A stretch of 64,000 bases of DNA from Mobula hypostoma (Eukaryota): NCBI RefSeq assembly GCF_963921235.1, contig NC_086097.1, positions 57,476,001 through 57,540,000 of the forward strand, written 5' to 3'. The notes below the pieces were generated by a model, which made no database searches, was not told where the DNA came from, and worked only from the letters and a program-made list of their open reading frames with translations. Position 1 is the stretch's first letter. Every line of letters begins with the position of its first letter. Positions 25,501-39,464 of this stretch are shown here, in pieces. Made by a program: the position numbers and the translations under genes.

Positions 25501-25757
25501 CTTCAAAGACCAGGAACTTCAAGGCAAAGTCTCCTCAGACAGCCCGCCCTATCAAGCGATCCTGCCCCACCTCTTGCAGAATCTGTGATTTCCTCACGAG
25601 CTACAACTATCACCTTTTAATCTTCAAAACTGAGGATACGCAAGGTCTCCTTAATCACAAGTGCTGCCCAAGGCAAATAAAGATAGTCTATGCAATATTG
25701 TAATATTAATGTCAACCTATTATTTAATAATTCCAGACTGATAACCCTTCATTGTTT

Positions 25758-25888
25758 GAAATATTAAGGAATTATAAGTTGACGTACTAAGGAGACAGCA
25801 CCCTCAACTGCACACTGATGATGGCTTCTTGACTGGAGCTGAAATGCCTGTAAACATTTTGCCAAGCTTGGTGATCAACCAAACTTCC
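25758..25888 (+). mobile_element. Short insertion with a degenerate hammerhead motif (second Penelope-like family)
   Basis: 15-bp direct repeat AACCCTTCATTGTTT at 25743-25757 and 25889-25903; CTGATGA (25815-21), helix II GGCTTC/GGAGCT, then GAAATGCC. Confidence 0.6.
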
Positions 25889-26487
25889 AACCCTTCATTG
25901 TTTCCAGTATTCTGTTTATGACTATCTTGAGAACAGAAAATATTGGCCATGATTCTGTATCATGGAGCAGGTCATGGTGTTTAGGGTTAAATCGCAATTG
26001 TGCATTTGTAGCATGCTACATGCTATTTGTCAAATTGAACTATGCAATACTATGTTTACTGGAAATTTGCTGAGAAGTCAATTTGTGGTCAAACTTCATG
26101 TATTATTGATTTCATGCTTGCCATAATAGATAGGGCCGTGACCAACCAACTAATGCAGAATGTGAACCAAGGAAGAGAAAAATGGCAGGAAGAATTCCCT
26201 TTTCTTTGTTTAAAGGGACTATCAATTAGTTGTACATTTGAATCAGAATCATGACATAAAATCTATAAACTACTAAAATAAATAGTGCACAAAAATATAA
26301 TAAAATAGTGGTGTTCATGGGTTCATGGACTATTCAGAAATTTGTTGGTGGAGGGGAAGCAATCTTGGATCTTTATCTTGAAACTCGAGATACCTTGTTT
26401 CTGCTTTCAAAAATGTATAGCAATTTACTCTGATTTATTGCTTTCAGTGGTACTTTATTTTATTGCCTTGACTACTTATTCCACTTC

Positions 26488-26575
26488 ATAGATGCTGCTT
26501 GGCCTGCTGAGTTCCCCCAGCATCTTGTATCTGTTGCTCAAGATTTCCAGCACCTGCAGAATCTCTTTGTGTTTT
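26488..26575 (+). mobile_element. Penelope-derived terminal fragment lacking the hammerhead
   Basis: atagatgctgcttggcctgctgagttcc...ttccagcacctgcaga, homologous to the 3' half of the hammerhead repeat. Confidence 0.7.
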
Positions 26576-27627
26576 TAGCTTTTACTTAAAGCAATCAATG
26601 TGTCGCCTCCAATCCACTGTTACAGAAGTGGTAGCTAATTTGTTTGTCTGTAGTTGTTTGATTGGTAGTCATCTAATGCCACAGAACTATTGAATGGAAT
26701 TCATACAAGAAAATTAGTTGACATTTACGATAGAAATTTTGTCATGAGTTGACTTAGAGTTACCTCATAAAATTTTCTCTTAGCTTTTTTTTAAATTGAC
26801 GAATTTAGTCTGAAATTATTGTACGAGGAGAAATATTCCACATGCCAATTTAAAAAACGGATATGAAGTCTAATGCTAGAAGTAACGAAGAAGCAGTTTC
26901 AATCATTTTCTATGACGCCTCTAAGTCAGCTTGTTCTTAATGTTAAAATCCAAAGGCTGACAAATAATCTAAATAATTTATTTACATAAGCCATGGTTTC
27001 ATCAATCATTTTTCCAGCAATAATTATTTTTTGTTTTAATACACTTTTGCTTATAATTACAAATATAAGGTTTTAGTAAGTATTTATCATTTCAGTATTT
27101 CAAATATAAGATTTAATTGTTGTGCATTTCTATTAATTATCTGATCAGGTTAATCAACTTTAATTTAAATTGTTCATGCTTTATAATGTTGTCTGTGGGT
27201 TGCTGTACAATTTATTTATCTCTCAGTATTATTCTAATTACTATTTAAATAGATTTTATTACCTTAGTCGTGTCATATTGTTTTTGAAGATAATTCTGAT
27301 TACAAACTTGAAACTTTTAAATCATATATTTATTTTATAATATTCAATTGATTCCAGGTAAAAATACAGCATTACACATAATATTGTGAGTGTAAAATAA
27401 CAACCCTTCAAAATAAATATTTGTTTGTTATATCACCATAGTCTAAGTGAGGACAGTGACATGTATACAAACTCTTACCATATGATTCCAATAAAAAGAC
27501 ATCAAAGAATTATTTCCAAGCTCTTCATTTTCCTCTGAAGCATTCCTGATTCTCAGATTATTTTTCTACCTAATTTTTCTCCTGGTTGTCCACTTAATCA
27601 AACAAAATGATTAAATGAGTGAATGTA

Positions 27628-28272
27628 CTCAAATTAAAGATCAGAGTAAATTTATTATCAAAGTACATATATATCACCATATACAACCTTGAGATTCATT
27701 TTCTTATGGGCAGACTCAATAAATCTATAGAATAATCATAATGGAATCAATGAAAAATCGCACCAACCAGTCTGCCGGATACAACAAACTGTGCAAATAG
27801 AAAAATAAAGAAATAATAATAATAAATAATTGAGCAATAAATATCGAGAACATGAGGTGAAGACTCCTTGAAAGTGAAAGTCCATAGGTTGTGGGAAGAT
27901 TTCAGTGACTGAGCAAGTGAAGTTGAGTGAAGTTTTCCCTTTTGGTTCTAGAGCCTGATGGTTGAGGGGTAATAACTGTTTCTAAACCTGGTGGTGTGAG
28001 TCCTGAGGCTCCTGTAGCTTCTTCCTGATGGCAGCAGCAAGAAGAGAGCGTGTCTTAGGTGGTGGGAGTCCCTGATGATGGATGCTGCTCTCCTGTGACA
28101 GTGTTTCATATACAGTAGCTATGTTCAATGGTGGCATGTGCTTTATCCATGATGGACTGGCCTGTATCCACTACTTTTTGTAGAAATTTCTGCTCAAGGT
28201 ATTGGCGTTTCCTTACCAGGCTGTGATACAGCCAGTCAAAATACTCTCCTCTACACATCTATAAAAGTTTGC
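27628..28272 (-). mobile_element. Rex1/Babar LINE 3' fragment
   Basis: Reverse complement of the same 3'UTR and ORF end seen at 53300-54887 (AASIIRDSHH...LLPSGR). Confidence 0.8.
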
Positions 28273-29469
28273 CAAATTATTGTATTGTTAAGCAGTCGAG
28301 TAAGAAAAGAACTTGTGATTTGCAATCCGTCTACAAAAAATGTGAATGTTGTCCCGTCCCTCCTTTCTTGAGGTTATTTACTGCTCTCTGGATACCAATA
28401 GATATGTTGACTGTGTAGATCTTAATAATAAATTTCAGCAGTTTCTTGACAGCATTGTGAACTACTCATATAGCTCAATATTTAAATTGACATTGTTGCT
28501 GGTTAGGAACCTGTGCCAAATTTTCTGAACAATCATCTCAACTCATAACCATTGAGGACAATTGTACTTTCTGTGCAAACATGAAGCAATATTTTAGCCA
28601 ACTCAAGCAACATTAGAGTTATTCACTTATTTTCAAGAAATGGTTGTAGAAGGTTAGGGAAAAGTGAACATGTGAACAAGTTGAGAAGTTCTAAATGGGA
28701 TGCAGAAGCAAAGATCCAGTCACTTGACTTATGAAGAGTTACCACATCAGAGTTCTGAAATCAAAGCTTGTTGACTGGTTTTTGACACCAATATATATCA
28801 AACCCCAGTTTTAGTGGAGAAACCTTCTTTTTCTGCTTCATCTGTCATGTCACCTGATCCACTACAGCATGGTAACTGTCACCATGGGGGAATTGACCAT
28901 AATTGTGTAAAAGTGAAGATCAATGGAGCTCTCAGTGAAATATCAACATTTCAACTAAAAACCTCATGATCCTATGGAATTAGTCACAATAGTAACTCCC
29001 AAGAAACTTATTTTAAAGATTTGTTGGCGTTTTCACTAAATTCTTTTTAGTTATTGGATAGCATCCTTTGTTTTGGTCCCATTTGAATATTACTGATCCA
29101 CAAATTATTCCTCCATTTAATTTTTCTCTTCATTGACCGCCTAACCAAATAAAATGATTACAATATGTCAATGCACTTATATCAGTAACCTGCGCAACAA
29201 TCTAGTAAGCAAAGTATTTGTAATTGGCAATTCATATTTCCACTTTTCCATTCTTAAGTAAATACTGAGTTTATTCTAAGTACTTCCAAACTTTGTTAAT
29301 TGAAATCCCTTCCGACGACAGCCATTGTAGATGGAAGATTTCATCCCAAAATATAGTTAATTACAACAGTGAATTGTGAAATTAAACTGCATTTTAATTC
29401 AATTAAACAATTGCAGATGTTGGAAATTTGAAATAAAAACTCAGCAGATTAAGTGGCATCTAAGAAAAT

Positions 29470-30250
29470 GGTCGTGGAGCACTACTGTACAGAAACAGGC
29501 TCTTCAGCCCATCTAGTCCCTGCCAAACTGTTATTCAGCCTCATCTCATCAGCCTGCATCATAGTCCTCCATATCCCTCCCATCCATGTTCTTATCCAAA
29601 CTTATCTTAAATGGTGCATTTGAGCCCATATCTACCACTTCCACTAGCAGCTTGTTCCTCACTATCAACAACTTCTGAGTGAAGAAGTTCTCCCTCAGTT
29701 TCCCTTTAAACACTTTACTTTTCACCTGTAACTTATGACCTCTAGTTCTAGTCATACCCAAATTGGAACAAACACCTGCTTGCATTAATCTTCATAATTT
29801 TGTATAATTCTGTCAGATCTCACCTCAGTCTCCTACGCTCCAGGAAATAAAGTCCTAACCTATTCAACCTTTCCCTATAAGTCAGGTCCTCAAGTGCCAG
29901 CAACATCTTTGTAAATTTTCTCTGTACTCTTTCAATCTTATTGATGTTCTTCTTATAGGTAGGTGAACAGAACTCAACACAATACTCCAAATTTGGCCTC
30001 ACCAATGTCTTATACAACTTCAACATAACATTCCAGCTCATGTACTCAGTGCTCTGATTTATCAAAGCCAATGTGCCAGAAGCTCTCTTTACAACCCTAT
30101 TTAGCTGTGACACCATTTTCAAGAAATTATGGATCCCTCTGTTCTACTACACTCCTCAGTACCCTACTGTTCACTACGTAAGTCCTACCCTGGTTTATCC
30201 TTCCAAAAGGCAACACCTCACAGTTGTCTGCATTAAAAATTCCATCTCCC
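29470..30250 (-). mobile_element. CR1 3' fragment
   Basis: LYKTLVRPNLEYCVEF, ERVQRKFTKM, TRTRGHKL. Confidence 0.9.
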
Positions 30251-30254
30251 ATCA

Positions 30255-33200
30255 GCCCTAATCTCCTGCCTTGTCCCTGTATCCCTTCATGACCTGATCA
30301 ATCAAGAACCTATTAACCTCAGCTTTAAATATACATAAAGACTTGGCTTCCACAGCTGCCTGTGGCAAAGAATTCCACAGATTCACCACCTTCTGGCTAA
30401 AGAAATTCCTCCTTATCTCTGATCTTCAACTCTCCCATCATAGTAAACATCCTCTGCATATCCACGCTATCAAGGCCTTTCACCATTCGATAGGTCTCAA
30501 TGAGGGCACCCCTCAGTGTTCTGAATTCTGGTGAATACAGGCTCAGACCCATCAGCCATCCTTCATATGACAAGGCATTCAATCCTGAAATCATTTTCAT
30601 GTACCTCCTTTGAACCCTCTCCAATTTCAGCACATCATTTCTAAACTAAGAGGCCCAAACCTGCTCACAGTACTCCAGATGAGGCCTCACCAGTGCTTTA
30701 TAAATTTCAACATTACATTCTTGCTTTCATATTCTAGTCCTTTTTGAAGTGAAGGCTAACATTACATTTGCCTTCCTCACCACAGACTCAACCTGCAAAT
30801 TAACTTTTAGGGAATCCTGGACAATGACTCCCAAGTCCCTTTGCATCTCAGTTTTTTGTATTTTCTCTCCATTTTAAAAAATAGTCGATCCTTTCATTTC
30901 TTCTACCAAAGTGCAGGAGCATACACTTCCTGACACTGTATTCCATCTGCCATTTATTTGTCCATTCTCCTAACCCAACTAAGTCCTTCTGTTGCCTCTC
31001 TACTTCCTCAAAACTACCTGCCCCTCCAGCTATCTTCATATCATCTGCAAAATTTGCAACAAAGCCCTCAATTCCAACATCTAAATCATTAACATATAAC
31101 GTAAAAAGAATTGGTCCCAACACAGATTAGTGATGTAGAACACCACTAGTCATGGGCAGCTAGTCAGAAAAGGCTCCCTTTATTCCCACTGTGCCTCCTG
31201 CCAATCAACCACTGCTTTATCCATGCTAAAATCTTTACTGTAACACCATAGGCTCTTAGCTTGTTAAGTAGTTTCACTTGCAGCACCTTGTCAAAGGCCT
31301 TCTGAAAATCCAAGTACATAACATTAACTAATTCTTCTTTGTCTATCCTGCTTATTACATATTTAAAGAATTCCAACAGGTTTGTCAGGCAAGATTTTCC
31401 CTTGAGGAAACCATGCTGACTACAGCCTATTTTGTCATGTAGCTCCAAGTATCCTGAGACCTCATCCTTAATAATGGACTGCAACATCTTCCCAACCACT
31501 GAGGTCAGACTAACTGGCCTATAGTTTCCTTTTTATGCCTCTCTTCCTTCTTGAAGAGTGGAGTGACATATGCAAATTTCTAGTCTTCAGGAACCATTCC
31601 AGAATGTAGTGATTCTTGAAAGACCATTACTAATGCCTCCACGATCTCTTCAGCCATCTCATTCAGAACTTCGGGGTGTATGCCATCTGGTCCAGATGAT
31701 TTAACTACTTTCAGACCTTTCAGTTTCCCAAAAACCTTTTCTCTAGTTATTGGAGCTTCACATAGTTCATGCCCCCGACACCTGAAACTTCCACCATACT
31801 GCTAGTATCTTCCACAGTGAAGAATTGAAGAATGATGCAAAATACTTCTCAGTTTGTCCACTATTTCGTTGTCCCCCATTACTACCTCCCCAGCATTGTT
31901 TTCCAGCAGTCCAATATCCACTCTCACCTCTCTTTTACACTTAATGTATCTGAAGAAACTTTTGGTATCCCCTTTAATATTATTTGCTAGCTTACTTTCG
32001 TATTTTATCTTTACCTTCTTAGTTACTTTTTTTAGTTGCCGTCTGTTGGTTTTTAAAAGCTTCCCAATCCTCTAACTTCCCATTAATCTTTGCTCTAGTA
32101 TATGCACTCTTTTTGGCTTTTATATTGGCTTTCATTTCTCTTGTTACCCATGGTTGTGCCATCTTTCCTTTAGAATACTACTACTTCTTTTGGTTGTATA
32201 TATCCTGTGCCTTCCAAATTGTATCCAGAAATTCCAACCATTGCTGCTCTGTTGTCATTCCTGCCAGTGTTCTTTTCCAATCAATTCTGGCTAATTCCTC
32301 CCTCATGCCTCTGTAATTCCCTTTACTAATACATCTGACTTTAGCTTCTCTTTCTCAAATGTCGGGGTGAATTCGATCATATTATGATCATATTCCTCTA
32401 AGGGTTCTTTTATCGTAGGAGCTCTAATCAATTTTGGTTCATTGTGCAACACCCAATCCAGAATAGCTGATCATGTTCACCAGATTGATTCCTGGGATGG
32501 CAGGACTTTCATATGAGGAAAGACTGGATCGACTAGGTTTATACTCGTTGGAATTTAGAGGATTGAGGGGGGATCTTAATGAAACATATAAAATCCTAAA
32601 GGGATTGGACAGACTAGATGCAGGGAGATTGTTCCCGATGTTGGGGAAGTCCAGAACGAGGGGTCACAGTTTGAGGATAAAGGGGAAGCCTTTTAGGACC
32701 GAGATGAGGAAAAACTTCTTCACACAGAGAGTGGTGAATCTGTGGAATTCTCTGCCACAGGAAACAGTTGAGGCCAGTTCATTGGCTATATTTAAGAGAG
32801 AGTTAGATATGGCCCTTGTGGCTAAAGGGATCAGGGGGTACGGAGGGAAGGCTGGTACAGGGTTCTGAATTGGATGATCAGCCATGATCATACTGAATGG
32901 CGGTGCAGGCTCGAAGGGCCGAATGGCCTACTCCTGCACCTATTTTCTATGTTTCTATGTTTCTATCATCCAGTGGGCTCAACCATGAGCTGCTCTAAAA
33001 AGCCATCTCATAGACATTCTAGAAATTACCGCTTCTATAATCCACTACCAAAATGATTTTCCCAATATACCTGCATATTGAAATCCCCCTGACTATTGTA
33101 ATATTGCCCTTTTGGCATGCATTTTCTATCTCCCATTATAATTTGTAGGCAACACCCTTGCTACTGTTTGGGTGTCTGTATACAACTCCTATCAGGGTGT

Positions 33201-34520
33201 TTTTACCCTTGCAGTTCCTTAGATCTATCCAGAATGATTCAACACCTTCCGAGCCTATGTCAAATCTTTCTAATGATCTGATTTAATTTTTTACCAACAG
33301 AGCAACACCACCCCCTCTGAATTCCTGCCTCTTTTGATACAATGTGTATCCTTGGACATTAAACTCCTAGCTATAATTTTCAGCCATGACTCTGTGATGC
33401 CTACGACATTGTACCTGTCAATCTGCAACTGTGTTGCAAGTTCACCTACCTTATTCCATATACTGCACGCATTCAGATACAACACCTTTAGTCCTGTATT
33501 TACCCTTTTTGATATTGTCGCACCATGCTTAAATTTCTGATTCCTAACTTTGTCTGAGGTCTTACCAACATCAGCCTCACAGCCTCTCCACTAACTGTTC
33601 TGGCACTCTGTTTCCCATCCCCTGGCACCTCCAGTTTAAATCCCACCATGCAGCATTAACAAACCTTCATGCTAGTATATTAGTCCCCCTCCAATTCAGG
33701 TGCAAACCATCCCTTCTGTGCAGGTCCCACCTTCTTGGAAGACAACAATAATCCAAAAATCTTATGCCCTCTCTCTTACACGAACTCCTTAGCCATGTAT
33801 TAAACTGTATACATGTCCTAGTTCTGGCCTCACTAATACATGGCATGGGGTGCAATCCTGAGATCACAACCCTGGAGGTCCTGCCCTTTAACCTAGCACC
33901 TAACTGCCTAACCTCCTTACACAGAACCTCATCACTCGTCCTACCCATGTCATTAGTACCTACATGGACCACGACTTCTGGCTGTTCACCCTCCCATTTA
34001 AGAATGCTGAGGATGCGATATGAGATATCCTGGACTCTGGCACCAGGAGGCAACATGCTATGAGGGTATCTCAATCTTGCCCGCAGAGCCTCCTGTCTAT
34101 TCTCCTAGCTAACAAATACCTTATTACCACAGCGTGCTCTTCTTCCCCCTTCCCATCTGAGTCACAGAGGCAGACTCAGTGCCAGAGACCCAACCACTGT
34201 AACTTTCCTCCGTTAGGTCAACTCCCCCCCACCCCTCCAACAGTATCCAGAATGATATACCTTTTGTTGAGGGGATATCCATAGGGGCACTGGCTGCTTA
34301 AGCCCTTTCCCCTTCCTGACTGTCACCCAGGTTCCTGTGTCCTGCACTTGGGTGTAACTACCCCTCTATATGCCCTATCTATCACTCCTCCTCAACCTCT
34401 CGAATGATCCGGAGTTCATCCAGTTTCTGGCAGTTCGTTAGAAGCTGCAGCTGGATGCATTTCTCATAGTTGTAGTGGTCAGGGATACTTGAGGTCTCCC
34501 TGCCTTCCCACATCCTGCAT
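30255..34520 (-). mobile_element. Near full-length decayed CR1 LINE (ORF1 zinc-finger/esterase plus ORF2), similar to 5480-9682
   Basis: ORF1 PGARVQDI...VVVHVGTND...DGLHLN; endonuclease LYLNACSIWNK; RT QHGFLKGKSCLTNL, DFQKAFD, FADD. Confidence 0.9.
32475..32964 (+). mobile_element. Young CR1 3' fragment nested antisense in the older CR1
   Basis: Open C-terminal ORF 32473-32868; (TTTCTATG)n tail; ATCAT repeated at both junctions. Confidence 0.9.
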
Positions 34521-34894
34521 CTACTACCATTCCCTGGCTTCTCCCATAAAGCCAATGTTGAATCCAATTTACTACCTTATCCTGTACAACAATTAACTGT
34601 ACCTTCTTGACTAATCTCCCATGTGGGAACTTGTCAAAGGCCTTGCTGAAGTCCATGTAGACAACATCCACTGTCTTTCCTTCATCAGATTTGCTGGTAG
34701 CCTCCTCGAAAAACTCTGACTGGTTATTTGGGGACATCCATCCTAATTTGCCTCAGGACAGCAAACACCTCCTCTTCTATAATCCAAATATAGTCCATGC
34801 CCTCACTACCATATTGCCTCAGTTGTATAGACTCTCTGTCCATCTCCTGAGTGAATACAGTTGCAAAAAAAAAATTCATTTAATATTTCCTCTA

Positions 34895-36494
34895 CAGTGG
34901 CATGCAAAAATTTGGGCACCCGTGGTCAAAATTTCTGTTACTGTGAATAGTTAAGTGAGTAGAAGATGAACTGATCTTCAAAAGTCATAAAGTTAAAGAT
35001 GAAAAATTCTTTTCAACATTTTAAGCAAGATTAGTGTATTATTTTTGTTTCGTACAATTTTAGAGTGAGAAAAAGGAAAGGAGCACCTTGCAAAAGTTTA
35101 GGCACCCCAAGAGATTTGTGCTCTCAGATAACCTTTACCAAGGTCTCAGACCTTAATTAGCTTGTTAGGGCTATGGCTTGGTCACAGTCATCATTAGGAA
35201 AGGCTAGGTGATGCAAATTTCATAAATACCCTGACTCCTCAAACCTTGTCCCAACAATCAGCAGCTGCCTAGCACTCCAAAAATTAAAATAAATGATGCC
35301 CACAACACAGGAGAAGGCTATAAGAAGACAGCAAAGCGTTTTCAGGTAGCCGTTTCCTCAGTTTGTAATGTAATTAAGAAATGGCAGTTAACAGGAATGG
35401 TGGAGGTCAAGTTGAGCTCTGGAAGACCAAGAAACTTTCTGAGAGAACTGCTTGTAGGATTGCTAGAAAGGCAAATTAAAACCCCCATTTGACTGCAAAA
35501 GACCTTCAGGAAGATTTAGCAGACTCTGGAGTGGTGGTGCACTGTTCTACTGTACAGTGACACCTGCACAAATATGACCCTCATGGAAGAGTCATCAGAA
35601 GAAAACCTTTCCTGCGTCCTCACCACAAAATTCAGCGTCAGAAGTTTGCAAAGGAACATCTAAACAAGCCTGATGCATTTTGGAAACAAGTCCTGTGGAC
35701 TGATGAAGTTAAAATAGAATATTTGGCCGCAATGAGCAAAGGTATGTTTGGAGAAAAAAGGGTGCAGAATTTCATGAAAAGAACACCTCTCCAAGGTGTT
35801 CTGCTAAGCACGGGGGTGGATCGATCATGCTTTGGGCTTGTGTTGCAGCCAGTGGCATGGGGAATGTTTCACTGGTAGAGGGAGGAATGAATTCAGTTAA
35901 ATACCAACAAATTCTGGAAGCAAGCATCACACTGTCTGTAAGAAAGCCGAAGATGAAACGAGGATGACTTCTACAACAGGATAATGATCCTAAGCACGCC
36001 TCAAAATCCACAATGGACTACCTCAAGAGGTGCATGCTGAAGGTTTTGCCATGGACCATACAGTCCCCCGACCTAAACATCATCGAAGATCTGTGGATAG
36101 ACTTCAAATGAGCAGTGCATGCAAGATGGCCCAAGAATCTCACAGAACTAGAAGCCTTTTGCGAGGAAGAATGGGCGAAAATTCCCCATACAAGAATTGA
36201 AAGACTCTTAGCTGGCTACAGAAAGCGTTTACAAGTTATGATACTTGCCAAAGGGGGTGTTACTAAGTACTGAGCATGCAGGGTGCCCAAACTTTTGCTT
36301 CGGGCCCTTTTCCTTTTTTGTTATTTTGAAACTGTAAAAGATGGAAATAAATAAGTAATCTTGCTTAAAATATTAAAGAAATGTATCATCTTTAACTCTA
36401 TGCCTTTTGGAAATCAGGTCATCTTTTACTCGCTTAGCTATTCACAGTAACAGAAATTTTGACCAGGGGTGCCCAAACTTTTGCATGCCACTTG
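34895..36494 (+). mobile_element. Tc1-family DNA transposon (DD34E, IR/DR type), inactive
   Basis: TA TSDs; about 215-bp TIRs starting cagtggcatgcaaaa with an internal direct repeat gcaaaagttt(a/g)ggcaccc. Confidence 0.95.
35262..36273 (+). pseudogene. Tc1 transposase pseudogene
   Basis: GEGYKK, SGRPR, WTDEVKIE, KHGGGSIMLWAC, QQDNDPKH, SPDLNIIEDLW (34 residues between D and E), GGVTKY*; frameshifts and stops. Confidence 0.9.
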
Positions 36495-38435
36495 TATCTC
36501 TTTCCAGTCCATACTGATCTTTGTCCCTTGCTATCTTTTTGACTTTAATATATCTGAGGAAGTCCTTGAGATTCTCATTCATCTTGTGTGCCAGAGCATT
36601 CTCATGCCTTCTTTTAGCTGCCCTGATTTCCCTCTTAAGGGTTCTCTTGCATTTCTTATCTCTTCAGACATCTCATTTGTTTCTTGCTGCCTCTACCTAC
36701 TATGCAATTCCTTCTTTGTAACCAGACCTCAACAGCCCTCGATTACTAAGGTTCCCTAAATCTGTTAGCCTTGTCTTTTATTCTCATAGGAACATACAAA
36801 TTCTGTACACTCAATATTTCTCTTTTGAAGGCCTCCCACGTACCATGCATCCACTTGCCAGAAAACAATCTATCCCAATCCACACCTGCAAGGTTCTATC
36901 GGATGCCATCACCAATTTAGAATCTCAACCCAAGGACCAGTTCTGTCCTTCCATAATTATCTTGAAACTAATGCAATTATCACTAGGTGAAAGTGGGGTC
37001 CCCCTAGATACGCTTTTGTCATCTGCCCTGACTCGTTTCCTAATAAGAGATCCAGTCGACCACTGTTTATCAGAGCTCTATCTGTTCTTCCTTCTGAAAT
37101 TTAATTTTCTCTTTTCAAGTATTCTAGATATTTAAAAGATTTGCAGTATTTTCTGTCTCAGTTCGATAGCATATAATATCCACATGACTTTCATTGAAAA
37201 CTCATCACCAAAATTTGAACATTACTGTGTCCCTTCTTACTGTATGTCCAAAAGTGTTGGATTTTATATTCCTTCCCAATACAATTGCCAGTGGAAATGT
37301 GCACCTGTGATATTGACCCTGATGGAATATCTTTGGCTGGCACAATTAAATATTTGGCATGCTGCCTGAATTACTTCTTCCTGTATCTGGGAACCTGCCA
37401 GTGGGTGAACTACTGCTGGGATGTTCAGATATCTACAAGATCATGATAAAGGCAGGACAGAAAAGAAGGGAAAAAATTACAGGCTGTGATGAATTGTTCA
37501 ATATTCATTTATTACCATTCCTATTCTGATTGTTTAAATATTTGCTTCTATTGTCACTGCCTTAGAACCCCATTCTGTTCCAATTCTTAGTCCTCTGGGT
37601 TGTTGAAGTGCTGACAATGGAAACTGTAATCATGTTAGAACATAAGATGAAAAACTGATCAAATGGAAGACACTCAGCTCTAGGTGGATTGTTTAACAAG
37701 ATGACAATTGGTCTTTTCTGCCCTAATCCCATACTCCCAGTTCATTTACTATACAAAAATCAATTGATCTTTGATTGGTATGCAATTAACGACTGAACAT
37801 AGCCCTCTGGGGTGGTAAATTTCAAAGACTCAACACCTGCTGAGTAATGAAATCTCTCCCAGTTACAATTCTATATTGACCTATTCCCTTTGATCCCTAG
37901 TTCTCGATCCTTAGCCAAGGAAACATCTGCCCTTCAAACTCTCAGAATGTATTATATATTTCACTGAAGTCACCTCACTTTGTACTAAGTTCTGAAGAAC
38001 TTAGGCTACTGAAACTGTCTACATAAATAAACTTTCTGTAACTTCCAAGTTGGAGTTAAGCTTTTGAACCGCCTGTATGACCTGGCATTTTTGCAGTGGG
38101 AACTGAAGTCTCAAAGGTACAGGACGGCTACGGCATGGTGTGTATGGGCTGAATTAGATGATGGGGTGTGGGCCGTAGAGGGGAATGAGCCAGTGTTTGG
38201 CGATTCCTGGAGTGAACTTGAAGGCAATTCGATTCGGCGGAACCGAGGCGAGATGAGCAGAGATGTGCAGAGTCGAGGCGGCAAGACCCGGACCCAGGCC
38301 TGAGAGCGAGGAAAGTTCCAAAGTTTGATTTTAGCACTAAGCTGAATTGAGGTAGTATGGCACTGACCAAGATCGTTTTGAAGTGGCAGGGTCCAGGTCT
38401 GAGAGCAAGGTCTGTACGATTTAATGACCAGGCCA

Positions 38436-38900
38436 GGGTGCAGAGGAGATTTACCAGGATGCTACCTGGTTTAGAAAGTATGCATTATGATCAGAGATTA
38501 AGGGAGCTAGGGCTTTACTCTTTGGAGAGAAGGAGGATGAGAGGAGACATGATAGAGGTGTACAAGATAATAAGAGGAATAGATAGAGTGGATAGCCAGC
38601 GCCTCTGCCCCAGGGCACCACTGCTCAATACAAGAGGACATGGCTTTAAGGTAAGGGGTGGGAAGTTCAAGGGGGATATTAGAGGAAGGTTTTTTACTCA
38701 GAGAGTGGTTGGTGCGTGGAATGCACTGCCTGAGTCAGTGGTGGAGGCAGATACACTAGTGAAGTTTAAGAGACTATTAGACAGGTATATGGAGGAATTT
38801 AAGGTGGGGGCTTATATGGGAGGCAGGGTTTGAGGGTTGGCACAACATTGTGGGCCGAAGGGCCTGTACTGTGCTGTACTATTCTATGTTCTATGTTCTA
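38436..38900 (+). mobile_element. Young CR1 3' fragment
   Basis: RVQRRFTRMLPGL...RGDMIEVYKI...TRGHGFK; (TTCTATG)n tail. Confidence 0.92.
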
Positions 38901-39239
38901 AAAAGGATAGGGGCGGCAGGGCTGGTTCAAATTGCTGCTCTGAGGCTTACTTGTCTCTGCTCTGAACTTCAACCTGTTACTCTACGAGATTTACTCATCT
39001 TTGCACTGAGCCGTGGCCTGCAACTGTCACAGTGTGAACTCGCTTCTGTGAACTTCAGTTCTGAATGCTATTTATTTGCTTACTTTTATTGTTTGCACAT
39101 TTATTTTCTTTCTTTTTATTCTCTCTGCATGTTGGGTATTTAACGGTCATTTGTTTTAATGGGTTCCATTGGGTTTCATTGTTTTGTGGCTATCTGTAAG
39201 AAGATGTATTTCAAGGTTGTATAAAGTATATATACTTTG

Positions 39240-39464
39240 TGTTACACGAGCGTGGCGGTGGATGAACCCACGTGCAGAACACGGGCGTGGGGGCAGAGTG
39301 TGGGGTCATTATTGCCATAGTGAGCGTGGAATCGGTTTCCAGGAGAGTCTTTACCCAAAGTCTTGGGTTTGGAGAGAATCCAGGAGCAATGCTAAATGAG
39401 GGGATTGAGGCCCAATTCCTGAGGTAAATAGTAAGGTGGGGGATCGCGAAAAGGGACCATGACA
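39240..39464 (-). mobile_element. Solo LTR (225 bp), Gypsy-like
   Basis: TG...CA termini (tgtta/tgaca); exact 5-bp TSD CTTTG at 39235-39239 and 39465-39469. Confidence 0.85.

Larger units (their letters stand above)
34521..37050 (-). mobile_element. Fragmented CR1 relic split by the Tc1 insertion
   Basis: DVVYMDFSKAFDKFPHGRL at about 34600-34700; CR1 sequence resumes after 36496. Confidence 0.75.
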
